Part shown: in pieces, positions 28,017-38,037 of the stretch | How positions within the stretch are numbered: position 1 is the first letter of the stretch | Layout: each line of letters starts with the position of its first letter | Source of the DNA: a bacterium | Lineage (GTDB): Bacteria > Patescibacteriota > Minisyncoccia > Phycocordibacterales > UBA2100 | Direction: 5' to 3' | Length of the DNA: 64,000 nucleotides | Assembly: GCA_021781955.1 (NCBI GenBank) | Contig: JAJXVV010000004.1 | Span: 1,739 to 65,738, forward strand | The notes under the pieces: generated by a model | What the model was told of the DNA's origin: nothing | Database searches by the model: none | What the model saw: the letters and a program-made list of their open reading frames with translations, nothing else | Program-made: the position numbers and the translations under genes

Positions 28017-28655
28017 TCGAGTGTAGATCCACATGCGCGCCGACATGCCGCTCTTGAGTTCGGGGTGTGCCGACGTATCGAAACGCGCCTTCACATCGAA
28101 CTGCTGCACCTGCCGCTGGTTGGAAATATTGAACACGACGCCTGCGGAGTTGGCGATCGGCGCTATCTCGTCCACCACGGCGGTGAACTGCTGCGAACCG
28201 AACGCGTCGACGGTAAAAGTGACGGGATCGCCGACCTTCACGCGATCGAGCCCCTTGTTCTCGTCAACTTCACCGACAACCCGCAGCTGCGTCGGGTCGA
28301 TCATCGCAACGACCGTTTGTCCCGGATTCATCTGCGCGCCGATGGTCTGCGGAACGGACACGATGAGTCCGGCCACCTTCGATTTGATGATCTCGTTGCC
28401 GACGCGCGCGACGGGCTGATCGGAATCGACCGTGTCCCCTTCGTTGACATAAACCGCGTTCAGAATGCCGGGCGATGAGGGCGAAAGGTCGATCTCCGGC
28501 GCCTGGATGGTCGAAAGGTCGACGTACACGTAGCGCGAGTTGGTGTACCAGTAGATGAATATCCCGGCTATCGCGCCGATGGCGACGACCAAGAGCCCGG
28601 TGCGTATCCAGATGGTGCGCTGCGAAGTCGAGGATGTATGTGAAGCGGTGGACAT
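28014..28655 (-). CDS. Short EmrA/HlyD-like adaptor lacking the helical hairpin
   Basis: TM, contiguous lipoyl halves (VNEGDTV...IKSKVAG), beta-barrel, LKSGMSA. Confidence 0.8.
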   Translation of the reverse strand: MSTASHTSSTSQRTIWIRTGLLVVAIGAIAGIFIYWYTNSRYVYVDLSTIQAPEIDLSPSSPGILNAVYVNEGDTVDSDQPVARVGNEIIKSKVAGLIVSVPQTIGAQMNPGQTVVAMIDPTQLRVVGEVDENKGLDRVKVGDPVTFTVDAFGSQQFTAVVDEIAPIANSAGVVFNISNQRQVQQFDVKARFDTSAHPELKSGMSARMWIYTR

Positions 28656-28660
28656 AAAAG

Positions 28661-30238
28661 CTATTGAGATGAGCCGAACGCGCGGATAAGGTTGCTTGCG
28701 GTAATGCCAGAGAGCACCTGCGTGGTACCGGAAGCGCTCGAAATACCGATGGTTACCGGCGTCAGTACGTCATCACCCGTCCCTTTGACGAGCACGAACG
28801 TGCTCGTCCCCTTCGTGATGATGGCGCTCGACGGCACGGTCAGGACATCAGTGGCGCTACTGGTCGTAATGGAAACGTTGCCTGAAAGCCCCGCTTGCAC
28901 GCGCGGATCGCGCTGGTCGAACTCGAGCGTCACCTTGTACGACGAAATGCCGTTCTGCACCGTTGCGGCCGGATCGACCGCAACAACGCGCGCACTGAGC
29001 GGAGCGTCGTTCTTGTAGGCGTCCAGCGATACCTGCGCAGCATCCCCCATCGCGATTTTGGAAACATCGGTCTCCGGCACGTACGTTTCGAATTGGAACT
29101 GCGCGTCCGATATCATCGAAATGAGCGGCGCGCCGGGCGATGCGGTCGCGCCCAAATTCGCGTTGTTGTTCGTCACCGTGCCCGAGAACGGCGCGTAGAG
29201 CGAGGTTTGCGAAAGTGCTACCTGCGCAGCGTCGAGGTTGGCCTGTGCCGCAGCGACGGCGGCGACCTGCTGCGCGGTGTCCTGCGCCGTAGCGGGAGCC
29301 TGTGCGAGCGCGAGGCTCGATTGAGCGTTCGCGAGCGCTGCCTCTGAGGCAGTGAGCGCGGTCTGTGCGGTATTGAGCCCGGCGATCGCGGCGTTGAGGT
29401 TGGTGCGAGCCAACGCGACGGTCGACTGAAGTCCCGCGATAGCGGCCGCATTGTAGCTCGAGGACGGCACGGCAGTGGAGAGCCCGTTCGCGACCTCAGC
29501 GAGGTACGCGCTCACCTTCTGCAGGCCGCTCTGCGCCTGCGTCGCGGCGGCGGTCACGCTGTCAGCGGTCGAATCCGCGGAAAGCGCCGCCTGAACGCCC
29601 TGGAGCGATGAGAGCCACGCTCCGACGGCCACGCGGTCAGCCGGTATCGAGGCTTGCAGTTGCGAGTCGCTCAAGCTCACCACCAGGGTCGGCGAAGACG
29701 AGAGGGGGTTGTTGAGCGCCTGGTCGGCCTTGTTGTGCACGGAATCATACGTGGTTGCATATGCGCTCTGTATCGCCGAGATGACGTTCTGCTCGTTTTG
29801 CGCGACAGTCGATTGCGCACCGCTCACGGCGGTCTGCGCGACCGCAATGCTCTCCGGCCGCGTACCGGCCTGCAAAGCGGCAAGTTTCGCCTGTTGTACC
29901 GCGAGCGCGGCCTGCGCCTGCTCGAGCGCGGCCTGCGCGTCGCTCGGATCGATCGAAGCAAGGAGCGTACCGCGGGCCACGTGCGTGCCCGCGACCGGCC
30001 CGGCGTAGGTGATGCTGCCTGAGCGCTGGAACGAGAGGTCCGTGCTCTCGGCAGCCTTGACGTTGCCCGGCGCATCGACCTCTTGCGTGATGGGGCCCTG
30101 CACGGGGTGCACGTACGAACCCGAGAGGTTCGGATTGGTCGAGACGAACGCGTACGCGATCGAGACGATCGCCACAACGAGCGCCGCGCCGATAACAACG
30201 GGCGGCTGCAGCAAACGAGCGCGCAGTGCTGGACTCAT
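28661..30238 (-). CDS. HlyD-like efflux adaptor with long Ala/Gln-rich helical domain
   Basis: LSFQRSG, LYAPFSGTV, VPETDVSKI, VLTVPSSAI. Confidence 0.85.
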   Translation of the reverse strand: MSPALRARLLQPPVVIGAALVVAIVSIAYAFVSTNPNLSGSYVHPVQGPITQEVDAPGNVKAAESTDLSFQRSGSITYAGPVAGTHVARGTLLASIDPSDAQAALEQAQAALAVQQAKLAALQAGTRPESIAVAQTAVSGAQSTVAQNEQNVISAIQSAYATTYDSVHNKADQALNNPLSSSPTLVVSLSDSQLQASIPADRVAVGAWLSSLQGVQAALSADSTADSVTAAATQAQSGLQKVSAYLAEVANGLSTAVPSSSYNAAAIAGLQSTVALARTNLNAAIAGLNTAQTALTASEAALANAQSSLALAQAPATAQDTAQQVAAVAAAQANLDAAQVALSQTSLYAPFSGTVTNNNANLGATASPGAPLISMISDAQFQFETYVPETDVSKIAMGDAAQVSLDAYKNDAPLSARVVAVDPAATVQNGISSYKVTLEFDQRDPRVQAGLSGNVSITTSSATDVLTVPSSAIITKGTSTFVLVKGTGDDVLTPVTIGISSASGTTQVLSGITASNLIRAFGSSQ

Positions 30239-30244
30239 AGCAAA

Positions 30245-30265
30245 ATAGTTAGATGTTCTAAGTAT
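30245..30265. promoter_or_regulatory. Probable MarR operator of the efflux operon
   Basis: AT-rich imperfect palindrome ATAGTTAGA-TGT-TCTAAGTAT just upstream of the first gene of the operon ending in marR. Confidence 0.5.
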
Positions 30266-30329
30266 CTATAGTCTACCTCACAGCGCCTCCACGTGCAAGT
30301 GGGTACGTCGGCGCGAATGCGTACCGCCG

Positions 30330-30932
30330 TTACCGGAACACCCTGGCCGAGAACCACGCCGCACAGAACGTGGCGATCATGAGCGCGAGCCACGCGATAC
30401 CGACGAAGGTCGCGAGCTGTGCTTCCCTGTTTTCCACCTCCCGCATGTTGCGGCCGGCAACGACGTACTGCTGCCTCTGCGGCACGTATACGACCACGAT
30501 CGCTTGCCGCACACCGGGTGCTGGCTGCCACGTCACGCGATTCTCGTCCTGCGGGATATCATTCGTGAAGTGATGGCCCACGACCGGCGGTAAGCCGTTT
30601 TTCGCAGCATCGAGGACATCCGCGGGCAGCGTAGGCGGCGCACCGTTCAAAGCGGCCGACGATTCGAGCAACGTGCCGGAGGCATCATAGATGGCGATCC
30701 AGGGCGCAAGACTGCGCGCAATGTCGATCGACGCGATGCCGCGCTGCACGAGCTGCGCCGGAACGCCGCCGCCAGCGAGCACTGCCGCGCCGTCCTCCGC
30801 CATTTGTATCTGCGGATCGTTCAGCGATTGGCGATATTGCTGCTGCACGGTCGCGTACGCGAGCAAGCACAGCCCGGTGATCGCGACCCCGAGCGGCAGC
30901 CATGCCGAAAATGCACGTACAAGGTATTGCAT
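30330..30932 (-). CDS. Hypothetical two-TM protein resembling a stand-alone extracytoplasmic sensor domain
   Basis: TM-soluble domain-TM topology; NDPQIQMAED and TWQP..GVR. Confidence 0.7.
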   Translation of the reverse strand: MQYLVRAFSAWLPLGVAITGLCLLAYATVQQQYRQSLNDPQIQMAEDGAAVLAGGGVPAQLVQRGIASIDIARSLAPWIAIYDASGTLLESSAALNGAPPTLPADVLDAAKNGLPPVVGHHFTNDIPQDENRVTWQPAPGVRQAIVVVYVPQRQQYVVAGRNMREVENREAQLATFVGIAWLALMIATFCAAWFSARVFR

Positions 30933-30969
30933 GCCTACAACTATAGCGCCCCGAACGACGCGGGCAAGA

Positions 30970-31719
30970 TCACACCTCTATCTTTGAGAAGAAGTAGCTG
31001 CCGAGAGCGAGGAATACGGCGGTCACGAGCACGAGCACGCCGATGTCGAGCATGAGCCCGAACTGGGCGGCGCCGATAAGGAGGTAGCGCATCGCGTCGA
31101 CGCCGTAGCTGAGCGGGTCGAAGCGTGCTATCCAGAGCATCACTACGGGGACATTGTTGAGCGGGAAAAGCGCGCCGGAGAGGAAAAAGAGCGGCATGAC
31201 GAGAAAGTTCATGACCAGCTGAAAACCTTGGAAATCGCGCATGAGGGAGCCGACCATCACGCCGATCGCGGAAAAGAGCGTGCCGGTCATGAGCATCAAG
31301 AGATACACCGCCGGCAGCGCCAGCCACGAAACCGGGTGGAACCCAGCGAGCATGGTCGCGGCGAGCACGATCAGGCCTTGGAACGAGGCGACGGTGGCGC
31401 CGCCGAGCGTGCGGCCGAACATGATGGCGATGCGCGGCACGGGCGCGACGAGCGTTTCTTTGAGAAACCCGAACTGCCGGTCCCAAATCACCTGTACCCC
31501 GTTGAATATCGAGGTGAAGATGATGCTCATGCCGATGATGCCCGGCGCGAGGAAGTCGATATAGCTGCCTCTCCCTGCTGCCGCGTATACTGAGCCGAAA
31601 CCATAGCCGAACGCGAGCAAAAAGAGGAGCGGCTGTCCCAAGCTGCCGAGGATGCGCGACTTCGAACGTATGAACCGCTTAAGCTCCCGCAACCACATGA
31701 TGTAGATCGTTCGCCACAT
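30970..31719 (-). CDS. ABC-2 type (DrrB-like) permease
   Basis: FLAPGII, DRQFGFLKETLVAP, FLSGALFP. Confidence 0.92.
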   Translation of the reverse strand: MWRTIYIMWLRELKRFIRSKSRILGSLGQPLLFLLAFGYGFGSVYAAAGRGSYIDFLAPGIIGMSIIFTSIFNGVQVIWDRQFGFLKETLVAPVPRIAIMFGRTLGGATVASFQGLIVLAATMLAGFHPVSWLALPAVYLLMLMTGTLFSAIGVMVGSLMRDFQGFQLVMNFLVMPLFFLSGALFPLNNVPVVMLWIARFDPLSYGVDAMRYLLIGAAQFGLMLDIGVLVLVTAVFLALGSYFFSKIEV

Positions 31720-31726
31720 ACTCGTA

Positions 31727-32515
31727 TTATCGCCTGCCGCGTATCATGCGCATTCGCGCCGAAGGATCCGCGTTCTCCTGCCGTATCTCGCGACCGGTCA
31801 GCTGCAAGAAAGCGTCCTCGAGCGATGCGGCGCCCGTGCGTTCCTTGAGCTCGGTGCTCGTCCCTGCCGCGATGATCTCTCCGTGGTCGATAACGGCGAT
31901 GCGCTCGGCGTTGCGTTCCGCCTCTTCCATGTAGTGCGTCGTGAAGAAGACCGTGATGCCTTCGCTCGCGCGAAGCTTGTGCAAGTACTCCCACATGTGG
32001 TTGCGCGTTTGCGGATCGAGGCCGAGCGTCGGCTCGTCGAGGAAAATGATCTTCGGGTGATGGAGCAGGCCGCGCGCGATCTCAAGCCGGCGCTTCATGC
32101 CGCCGGAGAATTCCTTCACGAAACTATCGCGCCTGTCATGCAGCTCGACGAATTCGAGGAGCTCGGAGATGCGGGCGCGGCGTACCGGGCGCGGCACGCC
32201 ATAGAGCACGCCGTGGAACTCCATGTTCTCCCACGCGGTGAGGTCGTCGTCGAGCGAAGGGTCTTGGAACACGATGCCGCACGAGTGCCGCACCGCGCCG
32301 GGTTCGCGCACCGGATCGTGGCCATCTATCTCGATAGAACCGGAGGTCGGCTGGAGGAGGGTCGTGAGCATCTTGATGGTGGTCGATTTGCCCGCGCCGT
32401 TTGGGCCCAGGAAGGCGAACGTGGTGCCTTCGGCGACCGCGAAGGAGATCTGCTTGACCGCGTCGAACTCACCGAAGCGCTTGTGCAAGCCGTTGACCCG
32501 TATGATATCAGCCAT
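31727..32515 (-). CDS. DrrA-like ABC transporter ATP-binding protein
   Basis: GPNGAGKST, FSGGMKRRLEIARGL, LDEPTLGLDPQ. Confidence 0.94.
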   Translation of the reverse strand: MADIIRVNGLHKRFGEFDAVKQISFAVAEGTTFAFLGPNGAGKSTTIKMLTTLLQPTSGSIEIDGHDPVREPGAVRHSCGIVFQDPSLDDDLTAWENMEFHGVLYGVPRPVRRARISELLEFVELHDRRDSFVKEFSGGMKRRLEIARGLLHHPKIIFLDEPTLGLDPQTRNHMWEYLHKLRASEGITVFFTTHYMEEAERNAERIAVIDHGEIIAAGTSTELKERTGAASLEDAFLQLTGREIRQENADPSARMRMIRGRR

Positions 32516-32547
32516 AAAGAAAGGGGTGCTATGATGGTACTACAAGT

Positions 32548-32919
32548 ATGAGAGGAGGGAAATTACGCGCGAAGGTGTCCCATATCCGGCCTTCGTTGCG
32601 TGCGATAGCCACGCTTTGGCGAGAGGAGTACAGCTTCCGCGTGCAGGTGGCGAGCGGTATCGTCGTCGTGTTCGTTGGTTGGATGCTCGGTATCTCACGG
32701 GCCGAGTGGATCGCCGTGGTGCTTGTCAGCGGGGCGGTCTTCGCGACGGAGGCGCTAAACACCGCTCTCGAAGAACTCTGCGACCACGTCACGCCGGACC
32801 AGCACCCGAAGATCGGTAAGATCAAAGATCTCGGCTCGGGCGCGTCACTGCTCATGGGCATAACGGCGATCATTATCGGGCTCATTATTTTTATTCCCGC
32901 GCTCGCGCGCATGCTATGA
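32548..32919 (+). CDS. dgkA: DgkA-family undecaprenol/diacylglycerol kinase
   Basis: EALNTALEELCD and IKDLGSGA. Confidence 0.9.
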   Translation: MRGGKLRAKVSHIRPSLRAIATLWREEYSFRVQVASGIVVVFVGWMLGISRAEWIAVVLVSGAVFATEALNTALEELCDHVTPDQHPKIGKIKDLGSGASLLMGITAIIIGLIIFIPALARML

Positions 32920-33473
32920 CCTTTCTCTTGCCTTTCGACTGGACGGTGCTTATCGCGCTTACCTCGCACCAGACCTACGGCTGGATCATCGCTGCGATCA
33001 TCGTGAGCGAGCTGGGCCGAGCGACGACGATCGCGCTGCTGACGCTCGCGCTCGCGCTCTACCTCGGACTTAAGAGACATTTCATCCTTATGCAAGGGCT
33101 TGTTCTCGCCGTCGCCACGAGCGGTATCATGACGTTCCTGCTCAAGGGCGCCGTCGCCCGCCCGCGGCCGCCCATGCAGTATTGGGCATACCACGAGATC
33201 TGGTGGTCCTTCCCGAGCGCGCACTCGGCGCTTTCGATGGCTTTTTACGGTTTCGTCGCTTATATCGCGCTCCGCACTACGCACTCGAAGAGCCTCCGCA
33301 TCCTTGCGCTCACCTTCGCCGCAGCGCTTATCCTCATCATCGGCTTCACGCGACTCTATCTCGGCGTGCACTACTTGAGCGACGTTCTGGGCGGCTACTT
33401 GCTCGGCGCCACGTGCGTGTGGCTAGGAATATGGGCCGCCCGCTCGCTAGAACGTGGTAGCATGTCCGCATGA
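32916..33473 (+). CDS. PAP2 family phosphatase (BcrC/YodM-like)
   Basis: K..VARPRP, SFPSAH, RLYLGVHYLSDV. Confidence 0.9.
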   Translation: MTFLLPFDWTVLIALTSHQTYGWIIAAIIVSELGRATTIALLTLALALYLGLKRHFILMQGLVLAVATSGIMTFLLKGAVARPRPPMQYWAYHEIWWSFPSAHSALSMAFYGFVAYIALRTTHSKSLRILALTFAAALILIIGFTRLYLGVHYLSDVLGGYLLGATCVWLGIWAARSLERGSMSA

Positions 33474-34240
33474 CACCCATAGACGCCTTTATCCTCGGCA
33501 TCGTCGAGGGCATTACCGAGTTCCTCCCCGTCTCATCGACCGGCCACCTTATCCTCACGAGCAGCTTGCTCGGCATCGCGAGCTCGGATTTCGTCAAATC
33601 CTTCGAGATCATCATCCAACTCGGTGCTATTCTCGCGGTGGTCGTGCTCTACTTCAAGTCGTTTTTCGACTGGGAGGTGCTGAAGCGGCTCGTTGTCGCC
33701 TTCATTCCGACCGGCATCATCGGCCTTGCGCTCTATCACGTGGTCAAAACCTATTTGCTCGGCAATGACACTATCGTGCTGTGGTCGCTCGCGCTCGGCG
33801 GCTTAGCGCTCATCTGCTTCGAGATGATACATGTGGAATCGTCCGAGGCAGTCGCCGACGTACGCGCCATCACCTACAAGCAAGCGGCGAGCCTCGGCGT
33901 CTTTCAGGCGATTGCCATCATCCCGGGCGTGTCGCGCTCGGCCGCGACCATCGTCGGCGGCTTGCTGATGGGCATCAATCGTCAAACGATCGTCAAATTC
34001 TCGTTCTTGCTCGCGGTGCCGACGATGATCGCCGCGTCCGGCCTCGACCTCGTCAAAAGCGGCGCCGCATTCTCGGGCGCCGACTACACGATCCTCGCCA
34101 TCGGCTTCGTCGTCTCGTTCGCCGTCGCGCTCTTCGCAGTCAAGTGGCTGCTCTCCTACATTCGCGAGCACACGTTCACCATCTTCGGCTGGTATCGTGT
34201 CCTCGCCGCCCTCGCGTTCTACTTCTTCATCGTCCGCTGA
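33470..34240 (+). CDS. uppP: Undecaprenyl-diphosphatase
   Basis: EGITEFLPVSSTGH and PGVSRSAATI. Confidence 0.96.
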   Translation: MTPIDAFILGIVEGITEFLPVSSTGHLILTSSLLGIASSDFVKSFEIIIQLGAILAVVVLYFKSFFDWEVLKRLVVAFIPTGIIGLALYHVVKTYLLGNDTIVLWSLALGGLALICFEMIHVESSEAVADVRAITYKQAASLGVFQAIAIIPGVSRSAATIVGGLLMGINRQTIVKFSFLLAVPTMIAASGLDLVKSGAAFSGADYTILAIGFVVSFAVALFAVKWLLSYIREHTFTIFGWYRVLAALAFYFFIVR

Positions 34241-34259
34241 TCAAGACGATGCGCGGCGT

Positions 34260-35171
34260 TTACGCGCTCTCACCAAGGATCGTCCGCAAAAGCGCCATGC
34301 GCACGATGAGACCGTAGCCGACTTGGCGGAAGTAGACGGCGTGCGGCGAGGTGTCGACGTCGTCGGTGATCTCGCCGATGCGCGGCAGCGGGTGGATGAT
34401 GATGGCGCCGTCTTTGAGCGAATCCGCAACGCTTCGGTCGATGATGTAGCGGCCGCGCTGCTTTTCGTACTCTTCGTCGTTCTTTATCCATTCCCTGGCG
34501 ATGCGGGTCTGGTAGACGACATCTACTTCTTTGAGGGCCTCGCGCATGTCAGCCGTCTCGCTCCACTGCACGTGGTGCCGATCGAGATACTCCTTCACGT
34601 CGTCGGCCATTGAGAGTTCCGGAGACGAGACGAACGTAAGGTGCATGTCTTTGTACTTGCCGACAATGTACGCAAGCGAACGAGCCGCGCGGTAGTAACG
34701 CAGATTGCCGACGATCGCGATCGATATGCCGTCCTGTCGTCCAATCTCACGCTGGATGGTGTAGAGGTCGAGCAACGCTTGCGTGGGGTGCTGGCCCATA
34801 TTGCCGTCCCCCGCGTTGATGACCGGCACGGACGACACGGCGGCCGCGCGCGCGGCGGCGCCCGTTTCGTGGTGGCGCATGACGATGGCGTCGGCGTACT
34901 GGCTGATGACCTTGATGGAATCATCGAGCGTCTCGCCCTTTGCCTGCGAGCTCGTGCCGCCGCTCTCCATGGTGATGATGGAGCCGCCGAGGCGCGCCAT
35001 CGCCGAGGAAAAGGAGAGGCGCGTGCGCGTGGAGGGTTCATAGAAAAGCGCGGCCATGATCTTGCCGCGCAGCGATTCGTCGCGTTTGCCCTCATACGAG
35101 GAGGCGAGTTCGAAGAGGCGCTGTATCGCTTCTCGGTCGAACTGCTGTATCTCGACGAGGTGCTGCATCAC
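34260..35171 (-). CDS. pyrB: Aspartate carbamoyltransferase catalytic subunit
   Basis: FYEPSTRTRLSF, KGETL.D, HPTQALLD, YQTRI, HPLPR. Confidence 0.95.
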   Translation of the reverse strand: MMQHLVEIQQFDREAIQRLFELASSYEGKRDESLRGKIMAALFYEPSTRTRLSFSSAMARLGGSIITMESGGTSSQAKGETLDDSIKVISQYADAIVMRHHETGAAARAAAVSSVPVINAGDGNMGQHPTQALLDLYTIQREIGRQDGISIAIVGNLRYYRAARSLAYIVGKYKDMHLTFVSSPELSMADDVKEYLDRHHVQWSETADMREALKEVDVVYQTRIAREWIKNDEEYEKQRGRYIIDRSVADSLKDGAIIIHPLPRIGEITDDVDTSPHAVYFRQVGYGLIVRMALLRTILGESA

Positions 35172-35177
35172 AGAGCA

Positions 35178-35882
35178 CTATACCCCCTCGGCCTGATGGC
35201 GCAACGGCGCGTGGTGCGCAACTTCGCCCAGATGCGCGTGGTCGTTGTACACGCGAATGTACCAGCGCGACTCCGGCGAATCGCCCGAGAACGCGCGCAT
35301 AGCGCCGTGCGCGAGAATGGTGATGCCGGTATTGGTAGTGCGGGTCGCTTTGATGAAATGTCTGAGCTCGTCGGGCCGAAGCCCATCACCAAAAATGACC
35401 CTCGCAAGAATGGTACGCAAAAAGAGGCCGTGCGTGACGATCAGAAGCGAGCGCTCCGGCCGCGTTTCGAGGAAGCGCAGCGCCTCTCCCGCGCGGCGCT
35501 TCAGGTCGTCGAAATTCTCGCCTTCGCCAACGCGCTTGTCGGGATCGAAAAGCGTGCCCACCCACGCCTCGTACGTGGCCTCTGCCTTCGGATCGTCGCG
35601 TCGCTTCCCGACCAACTCACGCGGCATGACACGCTCTGCCATAAGCGAGCATGTCTCAAAGACGTGGCCCGTGCGTTCGGCGATGAAATGGGCGGTTTCC
35701 TGCGCGCGATGTACCGGGCTCGCGATGAGCGCGTCGAATGATAGCGCGGCGGCACGTTCGGCGATGAAGCGAGCCTGCTGTTTCCCCTTTTCCGTAAGCA
35801 CGCTTTCATCGCCCAAGAAAAGCGGCGCGTCGACGTTGGCCTCGCTTTCACCATGGCGCACGAGATAGACCGTTTTCATCAA
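35178..35882 (-). CDS. Histidine phosphatase family protein
   Basis: LVRHGES, SP..RA.ET, GE.F, VTHG. Confidence 0.9.
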   Translation of the reverse strand: MMKTVYLVRHGESEANVDAPLFLGDESVLTEKGKQQARFIAERAAALSFDALIASPVHRAQETAHFIAERTGHVFETCSLMAERVMPRELVGKRRDDPKAEATYEAWVGTLFDPDKRVGEGENFDDLKRRAGEALRFLETRPERSLLIVTHGLFLRTILARVIFGDGLRPDELRHFIKATRTTNTGITILAHGAMRAFSGDSPESRWYIRVYNDHAHLGEVAHHAPLRHQAEGV

Positions 35883-35888
35883 CGTATC

Positions 35889-37127
35889 TTACAGCACGAA
35901 CTTGCCGTCCTTGTAGATGACCTTGGCCGAACCATCCTTCAGGTGCGCGGTCACCGTGCGGCGCGTGGTCGATATCATATCGGTGTGCACCGATGAGTCG
36001 TTGAATCCGAGGCGCTTCGCCTCCGCGTCGGTGAGTTTGGAGACGTCGCCCGCGTACGTGTCGCGATAGCTCATGCCGACTGCCAAGTGCGTGTTGCCGT
36101 ACGGGCCGCCCATGTTCTCGTCAAAGAGCGTTTCCGCCATGAACTTCGTGATACGCGAGTGGCGGCTGTCCGTGAGCGAGTATTCGCCTATTTTGTTGGC
36201 GCCCTCGGTCGCGATCATCTCCTTGAGCAGGTGTTCATTGGTCTTTGCCGACGCTTTCACGACGATGCCGTCCTTGAACTGGAGCTCGATGCCGGTGATT
36301 TTGTTGCTGTAGCGGTAAAGCGGCTGGTTGAAGCGTATCCAGCCATTGGTGCCACGCCAGTCCGGCGAGGTGAATATCTCGAAACTCGGGATGTTGCGCC
36401 CCGATCCGGCGTGCCACGAACGTTTCTCGCCGAGCGTGTACCACATGTCCATGTCGGGACCGACCGCATGCAGCTTGTCTATCATGGGCGAGAGCTTGTT
36501 GAGGCGGCTGCGGTATTTCTCGATGTCGCGGTAGACCTGTTTCCATTTCGCGATGGGATTCTTTTCGTCGAGGAAGCATGCCTTGATGATCTGGCCCCAA
36601 TACGCCTTTTCCGACAGGCCTGCCTCCTTGGCCATCGCGGGCGTACCGTAGAGCGCGATGGTCCAGGTGAATCTTCCCTGCCACTCTTTCTTGTTGAGCA
36701 TGTCCTTGAAGGGCTTCAGCGCTTTGCCGCGCAGCATGATTTTTCTTGGTTGCACGCCTTGCAGCGCGTGCGGATCGGCCTCAGCCAGAATGAAGATGGA
36801 GTGGTCGATCTGATCCGCCAAACCCGTGAGATATTTCTTCGGAAAAAAGTCCACCTGCTCGTCCGAAGCGTGCTCATAGAAATAACGAGAGACCGAGATG
36901 TTGCGGCGTTTGTCGCCGTGCTCGTCGTCGGGGCCGTAGTTGGATATGACGTGGCCGCCCGCATCGACGATCGCATTGCATACCGCGATGAAGAGTGGCT
37001 TCGCGCTCTCACTCGAAGACACTCGTACGACATCGCCCTTCTTGATCCCCTTCCCGCCGCCGAGCGCGAAATTGACGAGCACATCGGCGTATTTTTCTAA
37101 TAGCTGCTGGCTCGGTGTGTATGACAT
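35889..37127 (-). CDS. Aminopeptidase (M29, AmpS/AmpT-like)
   Basis: NIPSFEIFT, GEYSL, TLFDEN, HLAVG, NDSSVHTDM. Confidence 0.92.
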   Translation of the reverse strand: MSYTPSQQLLEKYADVLVNFALGGGKGIKKGDVVRVSSSESAKPLFIAVCNAIVDAGGHVISNYGPDDEHGDKRRNISVSRYFYEHASDEQVDFFPKKYLTGLADQIDHSIFILAEADPHALQGVQPRKIMLRGKALKPFKDMLNKKEWQGRFTWTIALYGTPAMAKEAGLSEKAYWGQIIKACFLDEKNPIAKWKQVYRDIEKYRSRLNKLSPMIDKLHAVGPDMDMWYTLGEKRSWHAGSGRNIPSFEIFTSPDWRGTNGWIRFNQPLYRYSNKITGIELQFKDGIVVKASAKTNEHLLKEMIATEGANKIGEYSLTDSRHSRITKFMAETLFDENMGGPYGNTHLAVGMSYRDTYAGDVSKLTDAEAKRLGFNDSSVHTDMISTTRRTVTAHLKDGSAKVIYKDGKFVL

Positions 37128-37164
37128 TTCGATAGAGTACTCGACAGAAAGGGAGTCGTCCAGC

Positions 37165-37194
37165 GAAAAACCCCGCCTCGTGGCGGGGTTTTTG
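37165..37194. terminator. Intrinsic terminator
   Basis: AAAAACCCCGCC-TCGT-GGCGGGGTTTTT. Confidence 0.85.
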
Positions 37195-37212
37195 TGCGAT
37201 ACGACGGAATGA

Positions 37213-38025
37213 CTATTGCCGCCCCGGCGCGGTCGAGCTGGCGGAAGCGTTCGCACTCGCGTCGAAGGAGAGAAGTTCCTTCACGATGGCGTGGGCGTCC
37301 TGGCGGGCCGCCTGGACATCCTTCATCGCGGCCTGGAGCTTTGTGCGGGCGTCCTTGATGGCGGCGTTGTTGGCCTGCATCTTGGCCTGATCGCCATTGT
37401 CGGGTGTCAGGTTTGCGGCCTCATGTACCGCAGACGAGGTTTGCGTATTCGCGTCCGCGATCTTCGCGTTCATGTCAGTGAGCGACGCGGAGAGTGCCGT
37501 CGTGTTGTGGCCGGCGGTCTGCGCATCGGAGATGCGCGCCTGCAGCTTGCCCGCGAGCGTCGCGATCGAGGCCGCCGCAGTTTGTATCTTATCGGCAGCA
37601 ATCTCGATGCGCGCTTGCGGTATGACGAGAATGAAGACGCGGTACGAACTCACGATGGATTTACTATCGGTCCTGAGCGCCGTAAAACTGGTCTCGGCAT
37701 CGATCTTCGCCTTGAGCGATGCGAGATCGGAGACCTGTGTCGAGATGGCGGACGTAATGGCCGATACCTCTTGCGCGGAAAGCTTCGTCATCGCCTGCAC
37801 TTTCGTGCTCAAATCATTGAGCATGGTCGTGCGGCGATCGATCTCTTGGTCGGCTCGGTTCTTCGCGTTGGTAATGCGTGCGTCAGCATGCGCCGACACC
37901 GAGGTGCTCGCTCCGCTCGCGGAAGCGTTCAATGTCGCGCCCACGCCCTGCGCGAAAGCAGGAACGGCAGCGAAGAGCAGTACTGAGCCGCTCAGCGCGG
38001 CGATAAGTTTATTGGTGAGATTCAT
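37213..38025 (-). CDS. Hypothetical secreted all-helical protein
   Basis: Signal peptide ending PAFA; long Ala-rich heptad-like helices. Confidence 0.75.
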   Translation of the reverse strand: MNLTNKLIAALSGSVLLFAAVPAFAQGVGATLNASASGASTSVSAHADARITNAKNRADQEIDRRTTMLNDLSTKVQAMTKLSAQEVSAITSAISTQVSDLASLKAKIDAETSFTALRTDSKSIVSSYRVFILVIPQARIEIAADKIQTAAASIATLAGKLQARISDAQTAGHNTTALSASLTDMNAKIADANTQTSSAVHEAANLTPDNGDQAKMQANNAAIKDARTKLQAAMKDVQAARQDAHAIVKELLSFDASANASASSTAPGRQ

Positions 38026-38037
38026 ATGCTATGCGGA

